Source: a virus
IMG/VR virus record: IMGVR_UViG_3300008459_000024
Location: 1-64,000 of that record
Strand: one strand, 5' to 3'
DNA length: 64,000 nucleotides
The notes under the pieces are model-generated. The model searched no databases and was not told the origin of the DNA. It was given only the letters and a program-made list of their open reading frames with translations. The translations under genes were made by a program, and so were the position numbers. Shown here piece after piece: positions 30,775-40,754 of this stretch. Numbering within the stretch: the stretch's first letter is position 1; each line of letters begins with the position of its first letter.

Positions 30775-33207
30775 TTAAGATGAACATCCAAAACAATCAA
30801 AATCACTATTCTCAGGTTTTGGAGGTAAATTCATATAACTGTAATCTACCTTTGGCGGTTCAGGTGTTGGTTTTGGCTGGTTGATTTTTGAAACGTCGAC
30901 AGCCAAATGTTTTGCACCAGTTGAAATCGCCTTTGTTCTAACGTAGTAACAAAGTGTTTTCAATCCTTTTTCCCATCCATAGAAGTGAGAAGATGAAATC
31001 TTTGACAATGTTGGGTTACCCATATAAATGTTCATTGATTGTGATTGGTCAATGAATGGTGCTCTATCCGCAGCCATTTCAATCAACGATTTCTGAGAAA
31101 TTTCCCAAATTGTTTTATACTTCTGAATCAAATGTTCAGTTCTTTTAACTTTTGAGTTGTATTTTTTATCCTCTTGGTCCAAGTAATTATTAAAATTAAC
31201 ATTCTGAATTGACCCTTCGTTCATAATAATTTCATTCTTTAAATCTTCTGACCAAATTCCAATTTTTTCAAAATCGTTAATCAAGTATTTGTTAACAATC
31301 ATAATTTCACCACCAACAACACGACGGTTAAAAATTGCTGAATGAGCAGGTTCTGTCATTTCATATGAACCTGTAATCTTAGCAGAAGATGCCACAGGCA
31401 TTTGAGCCGCGAATAAAGAATTACAAACACCATATTTTTCAACATTTTGTTTTAGAATACCCCAAGGCCATCTTCCTGATAACTCATCTTCCTTTAATCC
31501 CCACATATCAAATTGGAAATTACCTTGTGACATAGGAGAACCTTCAAAGTGTGAGTAAGGTTTGTATTTACCGTCCATACACAATCTATTACTTTCAGTA
31601 ATTGCCGCGAAATAGATTGTTTCAAAAATTTCTTTATTCAACTTACGAGCGTCATCTGATGTAAAGATATAGTCCATTAAATAGAATACATCCGCAAGTC
31701 CTTGTGTACCGATTGCAATTGCTCTTTGAGCCAATCCACCAATTCTACCCTTTTCAGTTGAGTAGTTGTTAATATCAATAACTTTGTTCAACGCTCTTAC
31801 CACCTTACGAGTTTCTTCGTATAAAAGTTTGTGGTCAAATTCACCATCCTTAACAAAGTTTTTCAATACCATAGATGATAAGGTGCAAATTGCTGTAGTA
31901 TCTTCATCGGTATATTGATAAATCTCATTACAAAGATTTGATTGTTTAATTACCCCAATGTTTTGGTGATTAGTTTTCTTATTAGCATTGTCTTTAGAAC
32001 ATAGGTATGGAACTCCTGTTTCAATTTGGGATTCAATGATTTTATTCCAAATGTCCTGAGCTTTAACTTTTTTACCGATTCCTAATTCAACCGCCTTGTT
32101 ATAGTTTGACTCATATTCATCACCATAACATTCTTGTAATGCCTTAATCCCTGACTTCTTAATGTCATTAGGACAGAACAAATACCAATCGTCATTGTTC
32201 TTAACCGCTCTCATAAAATTATCAGGAATCCAAAGTGCGGTAAACAAATCTCTTGCCCTTAATTCTTCAGCACCTGTATTCTTTTTAATCTCCAATAAAT
32301 CGAAGATATCTTTGTGCCAAGGTTCCAAGTAAATCGCCGCAGAACCAGGTCTTCTTCCTTGTTGGTTAAAGAAACGAAGTGACTCATTAACAATCTTTAG
32401 ATATTTCAATAATCCACCGGCATATCCGCCTGATGAATTAATACGACTTTCTTTACTACGAATATTTGACATACAAAGTCCAATACCTGCAGCGTCAGAT
32501 GAATAGGTTGAGATATCTCTCATTGTATCCAAAAGACCTTCACGTGAATCCTCATCATTGTATTTTAACACACAAGATGCAAGTTGTGGAGTCTTTGTCC
32601 CAGCATTAATCATGATTGGAGTCGCAGGAGATATAAGTTGCGATGATAAAGACTTATAGTATTCCACAGCCTCCTCAAATGATTTTGTCACCCACAAAGC
32701 CACACGCATATACATGTGTTGTGGTCTTTCAATTACTTTACCTGTTGGTTCTTTTAAAAGATACATCTCTTGTAATGACCTCCAAGCAAAATAGTCAAAA
32801 TTATAATCATTATCGTGATTAATAACTGCGTCGATATTACTTGGTCCGTATTCTTCAATTGTTTCCATTAACTTATCGTTAATGACACCATCAACATGTA
32901 ATGTGTGCATTACATTAGAAAAACTTTCATCAGTTTCTTTGTGATAAGATGAAATAGCAACTGACGACGCCAAACGGGAATAGTCATGGTGACTACCTGT
33001 AAACGCCGCAGCTATTTCATAAATTAGCTTATCTAATTCTTTGGTTGTGATAATACCCTCAGTCGGAACTGAGGTTATTACCTTGATGAATATTTCGTCA
33101 GAATTAACATTCAAACCTTTTGAGGCTCTTTTAATTCTGTTATAAATTTTTTGTGGGTTAAACGACGCATCGTCTCCACTACGTTTTTTAATTCTAAGTG
33201 ACATCAT
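30775..33207 (-). CDS. nrdA: Class Ia ribonucleotide reductase alpha subunit with ATP cone
   Basis: ATP cone (IKKRSG...), SPATP, QLASC, QGRRPGSAAIYLEPWH, SNLCNEI, C-terminal CFGCSS. Confidence 0.97.
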   Translation of the reverse strand: MMSLRIKKRSGDDASFNPQKIYNRIKRASKGLNVNSDEIFIKVITSVPTEGIITTKELDKLIYEIAAAFTGSHHDYSRLASSVAISSYHKETDESFSNVMHTLHVDGVINDKLMETIEEYGPSNIDAVINHDNDYNFDYFAWRSLQEMYLLKEPTGKVIERPQHMYMRVALWVTKSFEEAVEYYKSLSSQLISPATPIMINAGTKTPQLASCVLKYNDEDSREGLLDTMRDISTYSSDAAGIGLCMSNIRSKESRINSSGGYAGGLLKYLKIVNESLRFFNQQGRRPGSAAIYLEPWHKDIFDLLEIKKNTGAEELRARDLFTALWIPDNFMRAVKNNDDWYLFCPNDIKKSGIKALQECYGDEYESNYNKAVELGIGKKVKAQDIWNKIIESQIETGVPYLCSKDNANKKTNHQNIGVIKQSNLCNEIYQYTDEDTTAICTLSSMVLKNFVKDGEFDHKLLYEETRKVVRALNKVIDINNYSTEKGRIGGLAQRAIAIGTQGLADVFYLMDYIFTSDDARKLNKEIFETIYFAAITESNRLCMDGKYKPYSHFEGSPMSQGNFQFDMWGLKEDELSGRWPWGILKQNVEKYGVCNSLFAAQMPVASSAKITGSYEMTEPAHSAIFNRRVVGGEIMIVNKYLINDFEKIGIWSEDLKNEIIMNEGSIQNVNFNNYLDQEDKKYNSKVKRTEHLIQKYKTIWEISQKSLIEMAADRAPFIDQSQSMNIYMGNPTLSKISSSHFYGWEKGLKTLCYYVRTKAISTGAKHLAVDVSKINQPKPTPEPPKVDYSYMNLPPKPENSDFDCFGCSS

Positions 33208-33215
33208 AGTTTATA

Positions 33216-33244
33216 AAGATAGTAAATTAAAAGTCATCAGTAAA
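33216..33244 (-). promoter_or_regulatory. Early/middle promoter TTTACT-N17-TATCTT for nrdA
   Basis: Exact 17-nt spacer; overlaps the 3' end of nrdB; 8 nt before ATG. Confidence 0.45.
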
Positions 33245-34177
33245 TGAGAGGGACTCATTTAATTTTGCTTTTTGATATTCAACTGTTCTTGACTCAAAGA
33301 AATTACCTTTTGTTTCAACGGCAATTTGTTCCATAAATTTGAATGGTTGTTCTACATTAAATTGTTTCTTACATCCCAATTTAACAAGTAACCCATCAAC
33401 CACAAACTCCAAGTATTGTTTCATCAAATTTTGGTTCATACCAATAAGTGAAACAGGTAATGATTCAGTAATAAATTCTTTTTCTATCTCAAGTGCCGAT
33501 AAAAGAATCTCTTTAATTCTTTTTTCACTCGGTTTGTTCTCAACGTGATTATTCAATAAATGAATTGCAAAGTCACAATGTAAGTTTTCATCTTTAAAAA
33601 TCAAAGAATTTGCATTACATAATCCTTGCATAATTCCACGAGATTTCAACCAAAAGATTGAACAAAATGAACCTGAGAAGAAGATACCTTCAACCGCGGC
33701 AAATGCCACAAGTCTCTCTTGGAAGGATGCGTTTTCAATCCAATCCAAAGCCCATTTAGCCTTCTTTTGAACCGCAGGTAAGTTATCCAATGCCGTAAAA
33801 CATTTGTTCTTTTCTTCTTCGTTTGAGATGTAGGTATCAATCAATAATGAGTACATTAGTGAGTGAATGTTTTCCATCGCAAGTTGCATTCCGTAGAAAA
33901 ACTTAGCTTCAGGGTATTGTACTTCTCTGTAGAAGTTTTCTGCCAAATTCTCGTTTACAATACCATCAGATGCCGCAAAAAATGACAATACATTTTTAAC
34001 AAAATACTGCTCATTTTCTGAAAGATTTTCCCAATCTCTAATATCACCACTTAAATCAACTTCTTCTGCGGTCCAAAATGCCGCTTGGTGCATTTTGTAA
34101 TATTCCCATATATCATTGTATTGAATGGGGAAAATCACAAATCTGTTCGGATTCATTTCTAAAATTTTTTCTTTCAT
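33227..34177 (-). CDS. nrdB: Class Ia ribonucleotide reductase beta subunit
   Basis: [44 protein letters not shown]. Confidence 0.97.
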   Translation of the reverse strand: MKEKILEMNPNRFVIFPIQYNDIWEYYKMHQAAFWTAEEVDLSGDIRDWENLSENEQYFVKNVLSFFAASDGIVNENLAENFYREVQYPEAKFFYGMQLAMENIHSLMYSLLIDTYISNEEEKNKCFTALDNLPAVQKKAKWALDWIENASFQERLVAFAAVEGIFFSGSFCSIFWLKSRGIMQGLCNANSLIFKDENLHCDFAIHLLNNHVENKPSEKRIKEILLSALEIEKEFITESLPVSLIGMNQNLMKQYLEFVVDGLLVKLGCKKQFNVEQPFKFMEQIAVETKGNFFESRTVEYQKAKLNESLSFTDDF

Positions 34178-34190
34178 TTTTTTTATTTTT

Positions 34191-34919
34191 TTAATTATTC
34201 ACATACTCCCAAAAAAAACCACCACACGAATTTCTAACTCCTTTACAAACTGAAACAATATTACCTTTATTTTTAATATTATTTTTTTTAGAAGCAATTT
34301 CTAACGATGGATATATTTCTAAAACTTTTTTTGTTTTTAAACATATTTTTTTTACTTTTCTAACATTTTTTGCAGGTTTCCCTTTTAAGTAACTATTCTG
34401 ACTAAGTTTTAATTTATGTTCTTTTGTTAATTTTTTCCCAATCAAAGAATTACTTATATTTTTTTTAGTTTGTTGAGTTCTTTTTTTCCCCTTACCGGAT
34501 TTTCCAATTTTTTCTTTATGTTCGTCAGACAATTTTTTACCTTTCCAATAATTATGTTTCCCTTTATTACTTTTTGATATTTTTTTTTTAGTCTCCTCAC
34601 TCGGAACATAATTAAGATTTGACTCACCTCCATCGGTTAAATTAAGCAATTGATTATTTTTTTTATAATTTTTTATCCAATAAATTTCTTTTTCAACCCA
34701 TTCATTATCATTTGTTTCTTCAATTACTCTTATTCCAGGGATTTTATTTTCTTTTAACATTTTTATTATCCACAAATATAGAGGTCTTTTGACATTTTTT
34801 TTACTTAAATAAATGTGTTGTCGTAACCTTTCATTTATACTTTTTTTTGTTTTTCCAACATACCTTATTATATCAGGTTTGTCTGGATGAAAAATTCCAT
34901 AAATCACAATTGTTTCCAT
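34191..34919 (-). mobile_element. Free-standing GIY-YIG homing endonuclease gene with NUMOD3 repeats and NUMOD1/IENR1-like end
   Basis: VIYGI...RYVGKT, RLRQH, E.YWI, LLNLTDGG; repeats SEETKKKIS, LSDEHKEKI, LTKEHKLKLS; YPSL..AS...CKG...GGFFWEY; much more A-rich than flanks. Confidence 0.85.
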
Positions 34920-34970
34920 ATTAATAAATATCTGAATATTTTTAATATGACTAATTTATTTAAGTTTTCT

Positions 34971-36341
34971 TTATACCTGTTGTTGTTTTCGTTTCTCCAT
35001 AATTTCTTTAATCCTATTTCGATTTCTTTCTTCTTTTTGTTCTTCAAGACCTAAGAATGTTGTAGTACTTTCAGTATCAATATCTAACATTTCGTTATTG
35101 AATTTACAATTCTCAAATACTACCCCGTCTTTACCAATACGTGATTTTGTAATAGCAATTGTTGCCAAATTTAATTCTTTTTGTTGTAAGGATTTAGCAA
35201 CGGTAATAATAACGTGACCTACTTGAGCTTTCTTAATTGAACCTCCCATTTGGTCTGTCGTTACAACATCTGAAGATATTGAACTTCTATTACCTTGTGT
35301 TGCCGTCCATCCAACAATATTTAATTCATGACACATTGCCTCAAATGCTCTCATTACCGAACCCTCACTTTTCCACTCATCTTCCAAAGCCTTTTCAGGT
35401 GTTACACAATCAATATAATCCAAAATAATCATATCAATATGTGTCCCATCGGCAATCATCTTACGAATTTGATTCTTAATCTGACTCATAGTGAATGTAT
35501 CAGACTGAAGTTTTTTAAGGATTAATTTGTTTGACATCTTTTCCTCAATCTCAGCAACTTTCTTAAACACCTCTTCCCTATGAGCACTAAGGTCATCGGG
35601 AGCAATCCCTGTCCAACAAGTAAAATGTTTCCTTTGGATAATCTTTGGGTTGTCCTCAAAAAATACCTGTAAAACATTAAATCCTAGATTGAACGCATTG
35701 TTTGCAATCTTCGTAGTAAGAGTTGATTTACCAACACCAGTGGGAGCTAATATAACACCAATTTCACCTTTAGCCAAACCACCTTTTAACAAATTGTCAA
35801 TACCAGGTATTCCCATAGGAATTGGGTGTCTATAATCATCCGCTAATACATCTTCTAAGTTCTCAAATACATCACCAGTTCCTCTATCAACATTACCGAC
35901 TTGTAACGCTTCTCGAACCATTTCTTCTAATGTGTCATAGTTCTCAAATTCTCCGTGGTCGATAATCTTTTTCGCCTTCTCCATTACCTTCTGTAACTCT
36001 TGTTGTTTACAGAACTTTAAAGCCTTCTCCTGAACAAACTGAGTACCACTCTCATCAATATTTTTAATATCGGAAATAGTGTCAAGAGTTATCTTTAACA
36101 ATAACTCTTGAGCAATTTCACTTTTAGCAACTTGATTAAGGGTATCAAAACTTGGAGAATGTTCGAACTTTTGATAGTATTCCTTAACCATTTGCACGAT
36201 TAACTTAAAATACTTGTTTTCAAAATAGTTTGGTTCTAATACTTCAATAATGGAATGGGCGAAATCCTTATCAACAATCAATTGATTCAATAATTGTAAC
36301 TGAAATGTTTGTCCTAAGTATTCAAAATTTTTGTCCGCCAT
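34971..36341 (-). CDS. dnaB: Replicative DnaB-like helicase (T4 gp41-like)
   Basis: GGLAKGEIGVILAPTGVGKST, ILDYID, WTATQGNR, KSRIG. Confidence 0.92.
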   Translation of the reverse strand: MADKNFEYLGQTFQLQLLNQLIVDKDFAHSIIEVLEPNYFENKYFKLIVQMVKEYYQKFEHSPSFDTLNQVAKSEIAQELLLKITLDTISDIKNIDESGTQFVQEKALKFCKQQELQKVMEKAKKIIDHGEFENYDTLEEMVREALQVGNVDRGTGDVFENLEDVLADDYRHPIPMGIPGIDNLLKGGLAKGEIGVILAPTGVGKSTLTTKIANNAFNLGFNVLQVFFEDNPKIIQRKHFTCWTGIAPDDLSAHREEVFKKVAEIEEKMSNKLILKKLQSDTFTMSQIKNQIRKMIADGTHIDMIILDYIDCVTPEKALEDEWKSEGSVMRAFEAMCHELNIVGWTATQGNRSSISSDVVTTDQMGGSIKKAQVGHVIITVAKSLQQKELNLATIAITKSRIGKDGVVFENCKFNNEMLDIDTESTTTFLGLEEQKEERNRNRIKEIMEKRKQQQV

Positions 36342-36365
36342 ATATCCTTTTTTTATTAAATATCA

Positions 36366-36818
36366 TTAAACCAAGTAGTAACCCATGTAGAATTGTGTTA
36401 ATTTTTTTGACGACAATACCTCAGTCAATGAGAATAAAATATTCTTCAAATAAGGTCTAACATCAACCGTGTATCTAACTTTTGGTGGGTATAATTTAGC
36501 GTCAAAGGTATAGTGACACAATAAATGTTCTCCGTTTCTAACGTAGATATTAAACGTCTCAGGACCATCAGTAAATGATGTATTTAGAATCTCGGGGTCC
36601 TCAGTAATCTGATACTGATTATCCAACATATAACCCAATGTCTTCATTTTAAAATCACGTTTTAAATCTTCGACAAATCCACCCATAATCTCGTTCATTT
36701 CAACCGAGCGATGAGCTTTTGGGTTATACCCTTTCACGTTAAAAAATCTCTGAACAATAAAATTGTTGTTCACTGTCATTAGAAACTCTAGTTTCGTAAT
36801 GTCTTGCTGTTCTCTCAT
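36366..36818 (-). CDS. Hypothetical protein in replication operon
   Basis: 150-aa ORF between the exonuclease and helicase genes. Confidence 0.6.
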   Translation of the reverse strand: MREQQDITKLEFLMTVNNNFIVQRFFNVKGYNPKAHRSVEMNEIMGGFVEDLKRDFKMKTLGYMLDNQYQITEDPEILNTSFTDGPETFNIYVRNGEHLLCHYTFDAKLYPPKVRYTVDVRPYLKNILFSLTEVLSSKKLTQFYMGYYLV

Positions 36819-36830
36819 AATTTTTGATTT

Positions 36831-37826
36831 TTACTTTTTGTTTTTTTCTTTTCTGGTTAACTTCATAAATGGTTTTAAAAAATATGTCCATGAGTCGTCA
36901 CCCTTAGGGAGATACTTGAATAATCCGTCCTCAACCATATAACGGATAATATTCTTGTAACTTCTTCCTTCAGTTTCTAATGTTTCATTGACAATTTGGG
37001 AAATTTCTTCTTTGTCCTCGTCTTTGAGGAGTGGGTTTGATAAATCAACGATTTGCTCATTTACTTCAAAAAATTCGTTTTCAAATATACCTGACTTTGT
37101 TTTTCCTGTTAGAAGATTTTTTAAAGTTTGATTATCTTTATTCTCCTTTAATAAATCTTCAGCTCTTATTAAAATATCGGAATAACTAACCTCTTTTTCA
37201 AGTATCTCAGGAAAAAATTTCACTAATGTTTTTTCTCCAAGCAAATAGATACCCTCTATATTATCAGATTTATCACCTGTTAATATTTTTAAAGTTTTCA
37301 CATTATAGTGAGGGTATTCAAAGTCGTCAAATTTAATCTTATCTCCGTGTTTAAACGTAGCTTTAAGTGAAGGTGAGTATACTGACACCTTTTCGGAAAT
37401 TAATTGGGTTAAATCCCTGTCTGATGAAAAAATTAATTTTTGTTCATTCTCAGATATGTGACAATAGTGAGCAATTAAATCGTCAGCTTCTCTGCCGGCA
37501 ATTTCAAGTTGTCTAATGTATACTTCTTCGAGATATTGTTTAATCCTATTTTTCTGTTTTAGATAAGACATAAAAATAGGTTCTTCCATAGTTAATCTAC
37601 GGTTCTGTTTGTATTTGGGGTAAAGAACTCCACGAATACTCGTAGAGTCCTCTCCATCCCAAAGTACCACCACTTTATCAAAGTTTTGTTCTTCAATAAA
37701 CTTTCTTAATGTGTTGATGAAGTGATAAATTGCCCCAATATGTTCCCCATTGTGGAAGTAATCCTTCACACCATGAAACCCAATCTTCATCAAATTATTC
37801 CCATCAACAAGGAGCGTTTTTTTCAC
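36831..37826 (-). CDS. 5'-3' exonuclease / T4 RNase H-like flap nuclease
   Basis: LLVDGNNL, WDG, YKQNR, EADDLIA, SSDRDLTQL, LTGDKSDNIEG. Confidence 0.92.
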   Translation of the reverse strand: MKKTLLVDGNNLMKIGFHGVKDYFHNGEHIGAIYHFINTLRKFIEEQNFDKVVVLWDGEDSTSIRGVLYPKYKQNRRLTMEEPIFMSYLKQKNRIKQYLEEVYIRQLEIAGREADDLIAHYCHISENEQKLIFSSDRDLTQLISEKVSVYSPSLKATFKHGDKIKFDDFEYPHYNVKTLKILTGDKSDNIEGIYLLGEKTLVKFFPEILEKEVSYSDILIRAEDLLKENKDNQTLKNLLTGKTKSGIFENEFFEVNEQIVDLSNPLLKDEDKEEISQIVNETLETEGRSYKNIIRYMVEDGLFKYLPKGDDSWTYFLKPFMKLTRKEKNKK

Positions 37827-37835
37827 AAAAAAATA

Positions 37836-38834
37836 TTAAAATGATTCGTTTTCGTTTTCAAAAGTTTCTTCAGTTTCATCAAGAGTGATTTCTCCTGTAC
37901 CTGAAAGAATTGCGTTCCAATATTGAGAATACTCCTTTTTATATTTTTCAAGAGCATCTTTATCATCAACAATATATCCTTGAGGTGTTGCAATAATCTT
38001 ACCATCTTTATATCCCAAACCATTAATGTGATTTTTTAATACTGAGATTTTAGTTCTAATAGCATAAGATACCGTTCTACCATTTTTAGTTGCCGTAATA
38101 TGGTTAATACCTGCATTTTTCTGATTACCAAACAAGAATACAAGTGCCGATGCTAACCACATCGCCTCTCCACCTTTCGCTTTAATTGTTGGTTGCCCAA
38201 ATGGATTATCTGGTAATTCAACCCAAGGTTGATTAACAACAACCATTGTGTTTGTGTATGGATAATCTTCTTTACGAGACTTAGTGATACGAGCTTGGAT
38301 ACCCATACCGATTTTATCCGCCAATACTGATGCGTTATGTTGCTTTCCACCCTTACCATCAAAAGTCATTTTACAAGGGATTGACCCAACTGAATCCCAA
38401 AGGAAACAAAGTGAATAAGGAATATTACCTTTTTCTTGTTCATCTAATAATTCATTGATGTAATCGGTAACTTGCTCAATGTAGTCAAAATTATCATTAA
38501 AAATAAATTGACCGTCCCATTCTCCGTCAACCATTTTAGCTTCAAGTCCTAACTCCACGGCGTGGTCCCACGACCACTTTTTTTCGCTAATAATGAAAAC
38601 GGGTAAATGCCCCTTCTTCTGAGCCGAAACAGCAGCTTTAACAAGAGCTGTGGTTTTTGAAGAGTTCGAATGACCGAGGAACATATTGATGTTACCCAAA
38701 GCAGGACCAGGTAGACCACAAGCACTATGAAAAGCTTCGTCGACTTCATAGAACTCCGTATCTTTGTATTTAGTTTTTGTAGAATACTTGTTTTTGATTG
38801 CATCTAATGAGAATTCTTTTTTCTTTATCGCCAT
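37836..38834 (-). CDS. recA: RecA/UvsX-like recombinase
   Basis: P-loop GHSNSSKTT, WDSVGS, VVNQ, KGG.A, KNH. Confidence 0.85.
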   Translation of the reverse strand: MAIKKKEFSLDAIKNKYSTKTKYKDTEFYEVDEAFHSACGLPGPALGNINMFLGHSNSSKTTALVKAAVSAQKKGHLPVFIISEKKWSWDHAVELGLEAKMVDGEWDGQFIFNDNFDYIEQVTDYINELLDEQEKGNIPYSLCFLWDSVGSIPCKMTFDGKGGKQHNASVLADKIGMGIQARITKSRKEDYPYTNTMVVVNQPWVELPDNPFGQPTIKAKGGEAMWLASALVFLFGNQKNAGINHITATKNGRTVSYAIRTKISVLKNHINGLGYKDGKIIATPQGYIVDDKDALEKYKKEYSQYWNAILSGTGEITLDETEETFENENESF

Positions 38835-38870
38835 AAATGTCTATGCGTTTTAATTGTTAGTATAAAAATG

Positions 38871-38908
38871 AAAAAGGATGGACACTTTGTCTATGCTAGT
38901 GTCCATCC
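38871..38908 (-). terminator. Intrinsic terminator after ssb
   Basis: 11-bp stem ggatggacact/agtgtccatcc, 11-nt loop, T5 tract on the minus strand. Confidence 0.75.
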
Positions 38909-38915
38909 GTATAAA

Positions 38916-39761
38916 TTAGAATGGTAAATCACCATCAGGTTCGTCACCAGCTTGTGGGTCAACAATTGACATGTTTCCACCACCAACACTCATTTCAGAA
39001 GCCTCGTCACCGTAGACATACTTACCTAATTCAGATGACCATCTTGGTGTTTCTCCACGAGCGATTGCTTCCAAATACTCAACAGGTTTTTTAGAGTAAA
39101 CATCTGCCCAAGTAAGTGGGTCTTCAATCCATGATTTAGCAGTCTCAGCATCTGCATGAACAGGAGATGGGTCATCGTGCATCACAGTCTGAATAACTGT
39201 GTAGGTAGCACCTTTTGGAGTTTTTGCCTTAGTCAACTCGATGATTAAGTCACGACCATTAGTAGGGTCAGTAATATCTCCTTTAGCTTTCCAAATTGGG
39301 ATGATTTTGTCCAAGATACCCTCGTTCTTGTAATTGTGTTTGAATCTCCAAAACTTAACACCGTCCGCCTCATTGTCTCGGTCAATAACCTTAACGATAT
39401 AGAATTTACGAGGTTTATAAGATTTTGCAAGTTCCTTATCGGACTCTTTACCTGTTGACATAAGTTCATCATGAATTTCTGTCAAAGGAGAACGTTCATT
39501 GTCGTTTTTACCTGGGTCATAGATTTTATTCCATTTACCTTCAACTTGAACCTCGTGGTACCATACTTCTTTAAAAGGAGATGAACCATCAGGTGTTGGC
39601 AAAATACGAAGACGTTTTTGTCCCGAGTTCTCATTCTGCGTCAAGATAGCCGCAAAATATTTTTTCATTCTGTCTTCTTGAGACATTTTGTTCGCAGAGC
39701 TTCCTCCGCTTTTCGCTTTTTCATACTGAGCGAGTACAGCATCTAGTGAATTTGTCGCCAT
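38916..39761 (-). CDS. ssb: Single-stranded DNA-binding protein (T4 gp32-like)
   Basis: LRILP, VWYH, VKVIDRDNE..GVKFWRF, DITDPTNGRDL; acidic tail ending DGDLPF; next to recA. Confidence 0.8.
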   Translation of the reverse strand: MATNSLDAVLAQYEKAKSGGSSANKMSQEDRMKKYFAAILTQNENSGQKRLRILPTPDGSSPFKEVWYHEVQVEGKWNKIYDPGKNDNERSPLTEIHDELMSTGKESDKELAKSYKPRKFYIVKVIDRDNEADGVKFWRFKHNYKNEGILDKIIPIWKAKGDITDPTNGRDLIIELTKAKTPKGATYTVIQTVMHDDPSPVHADAETAKSWIEDPLTWADVYSKKPVEYLEAIARGETPRWSSELGKYVYGDEASEMSVGGGNMSIVDPQAGDEPDGDLPF

Positions 39762-39790
39762 GATATATATAAATTAATAGTTAATAAACA

Positions 39791-39819
39791 AGTATAAGTG
39801 TGTCAGCCGTAATAGTCAA
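39791..39819 (-). promoter_or_regulatory. Early/middle promoter TTGACT-N17-TATACT for ssb-recA operon
   Basis: Near-consensus boxes with an exact 17-nt spacer. Confidence 0.75.
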
Positions 39820-39828
39820 ATATTTTGA

Positions 39829-40494
39829 TTAAGACTTAACTGGTTGGTATTCTCCAGGTTCAGAATAATCATTGAATGTTCCTTTGATTTCATTGGGTGA
39901 GAAGTCTTGAATCTCGTCTGTAGTTAAAACATACTCATTTTTACCCGACTTTTTCATATCTTCTTCCTTATCTTCAAAAAAATCACTTAATTTTTGGTTG
40001 TATGGTCCCGAATCCAAACTTCTCAATTCCAACTTTTCTTCAGGAGTTTTTTCTCTATATTTCTCAATTTTCGCTTCAATGTCGTTTAACTTTTGTACAA
40101 GTCCGTCCATTTCAGATAATTTACTTTCCAAGTTTGAAATTTGAGTAAATAAATTATTAAAATATTCCTCTTGTTTAGTTTCAACATTTTTTTGAGAATT
40201 TACCAAATCAGTTATATCTAATTCCTCAGTTGACTCTTCTTCTGAACCGATTTTTTCAACTTCAGGGTCATTTGCAACATCTATTGGTTGTGGTTCAGTT
40301 GTTTCAGGTGCCGGTGGAGGTGTTGTACCAGCATCGGGAGCCGGTGCCGTTGCGTCAGTTGCAGGTTCTTCAACAGGAGGTAAATCGGTAGGTAATGCTT
40401 CTTGCTCTGTGATATAATTATTAATTTTATTATACCTTGTCAATTCCTCAAGAATCGCATTTGATATTTCTGATTTGTTTTTCATATTATCCAT
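39829..40494 (-). CDS. Acidic coiled-coil protein, possible prohead core/scaffold-like
   Basis: ILEE..ITEQ N-terminus, Pro/Ala/Glu-rich linker, heptad coiled coil. Confidence 0.5.
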   Translation of the reverse strand: MDNMKNKSEISNAILEELTRYNKINNYITEQEALPTDLPPVEEPATDATAPAPDAGTTPPPAPETTEPQPIDVANDPEVEKIGSEEESTEELDITDLVNSQKNVETKQEEYFNNLFTQISNLESKLSEMDGLVQKLNDIEAKIEKYREKTPEEKLELRSLDSGPYNQKLSDFFEDKEEDMKKSGKNEYVLTTDEIQDFSPNEIKGTFNDYSEPGEYQPVKS

Positions 40495-40711
40495 TTAATA
40501 ACTGTTTTATACCAGTTGTAGTTTCTACTTTTATTTTTTTGTTTGTATACATAGTGTTGTCAACTCTTTCAATTAAACCATCCTTCATTCTGATAGTGTA
40601 ACAGTCACCAGTATCTAAATCACACACTTCTTTAAACCCATTACCTTTGTCGGTCTCAGTGATTCTTGTATTTCTTCCAAGATATCTATCAAGTATTTCT
40701 TTTGTGCTCAT
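40487..40711 (-). CDS. Small hypothetical late protein
   Basis: 74 aa, EVCDLDTGDC; late motif at 40725-40731. Confidence 0.6.
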   Translation of the reverse strand: MSTKEILDRYLGRNTRITETDKGNGFKEVCDLDTGDCYTIRMKDGLIERVDNTMYTNKKIKVETTTGIKQLLNG

Positions 40712-40754
40712 ATTATTTTTATATATAAATATGTAGTTTATTTCATTTTTTCAA

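Noticed and set aside
30775-36341. Introns or inteins in nrdA, nrdB or the helicase associated with the homing endonuclease
   Set aside because: All three ORFs are continuous and of normal length; the endonuclease gene is intergenic.
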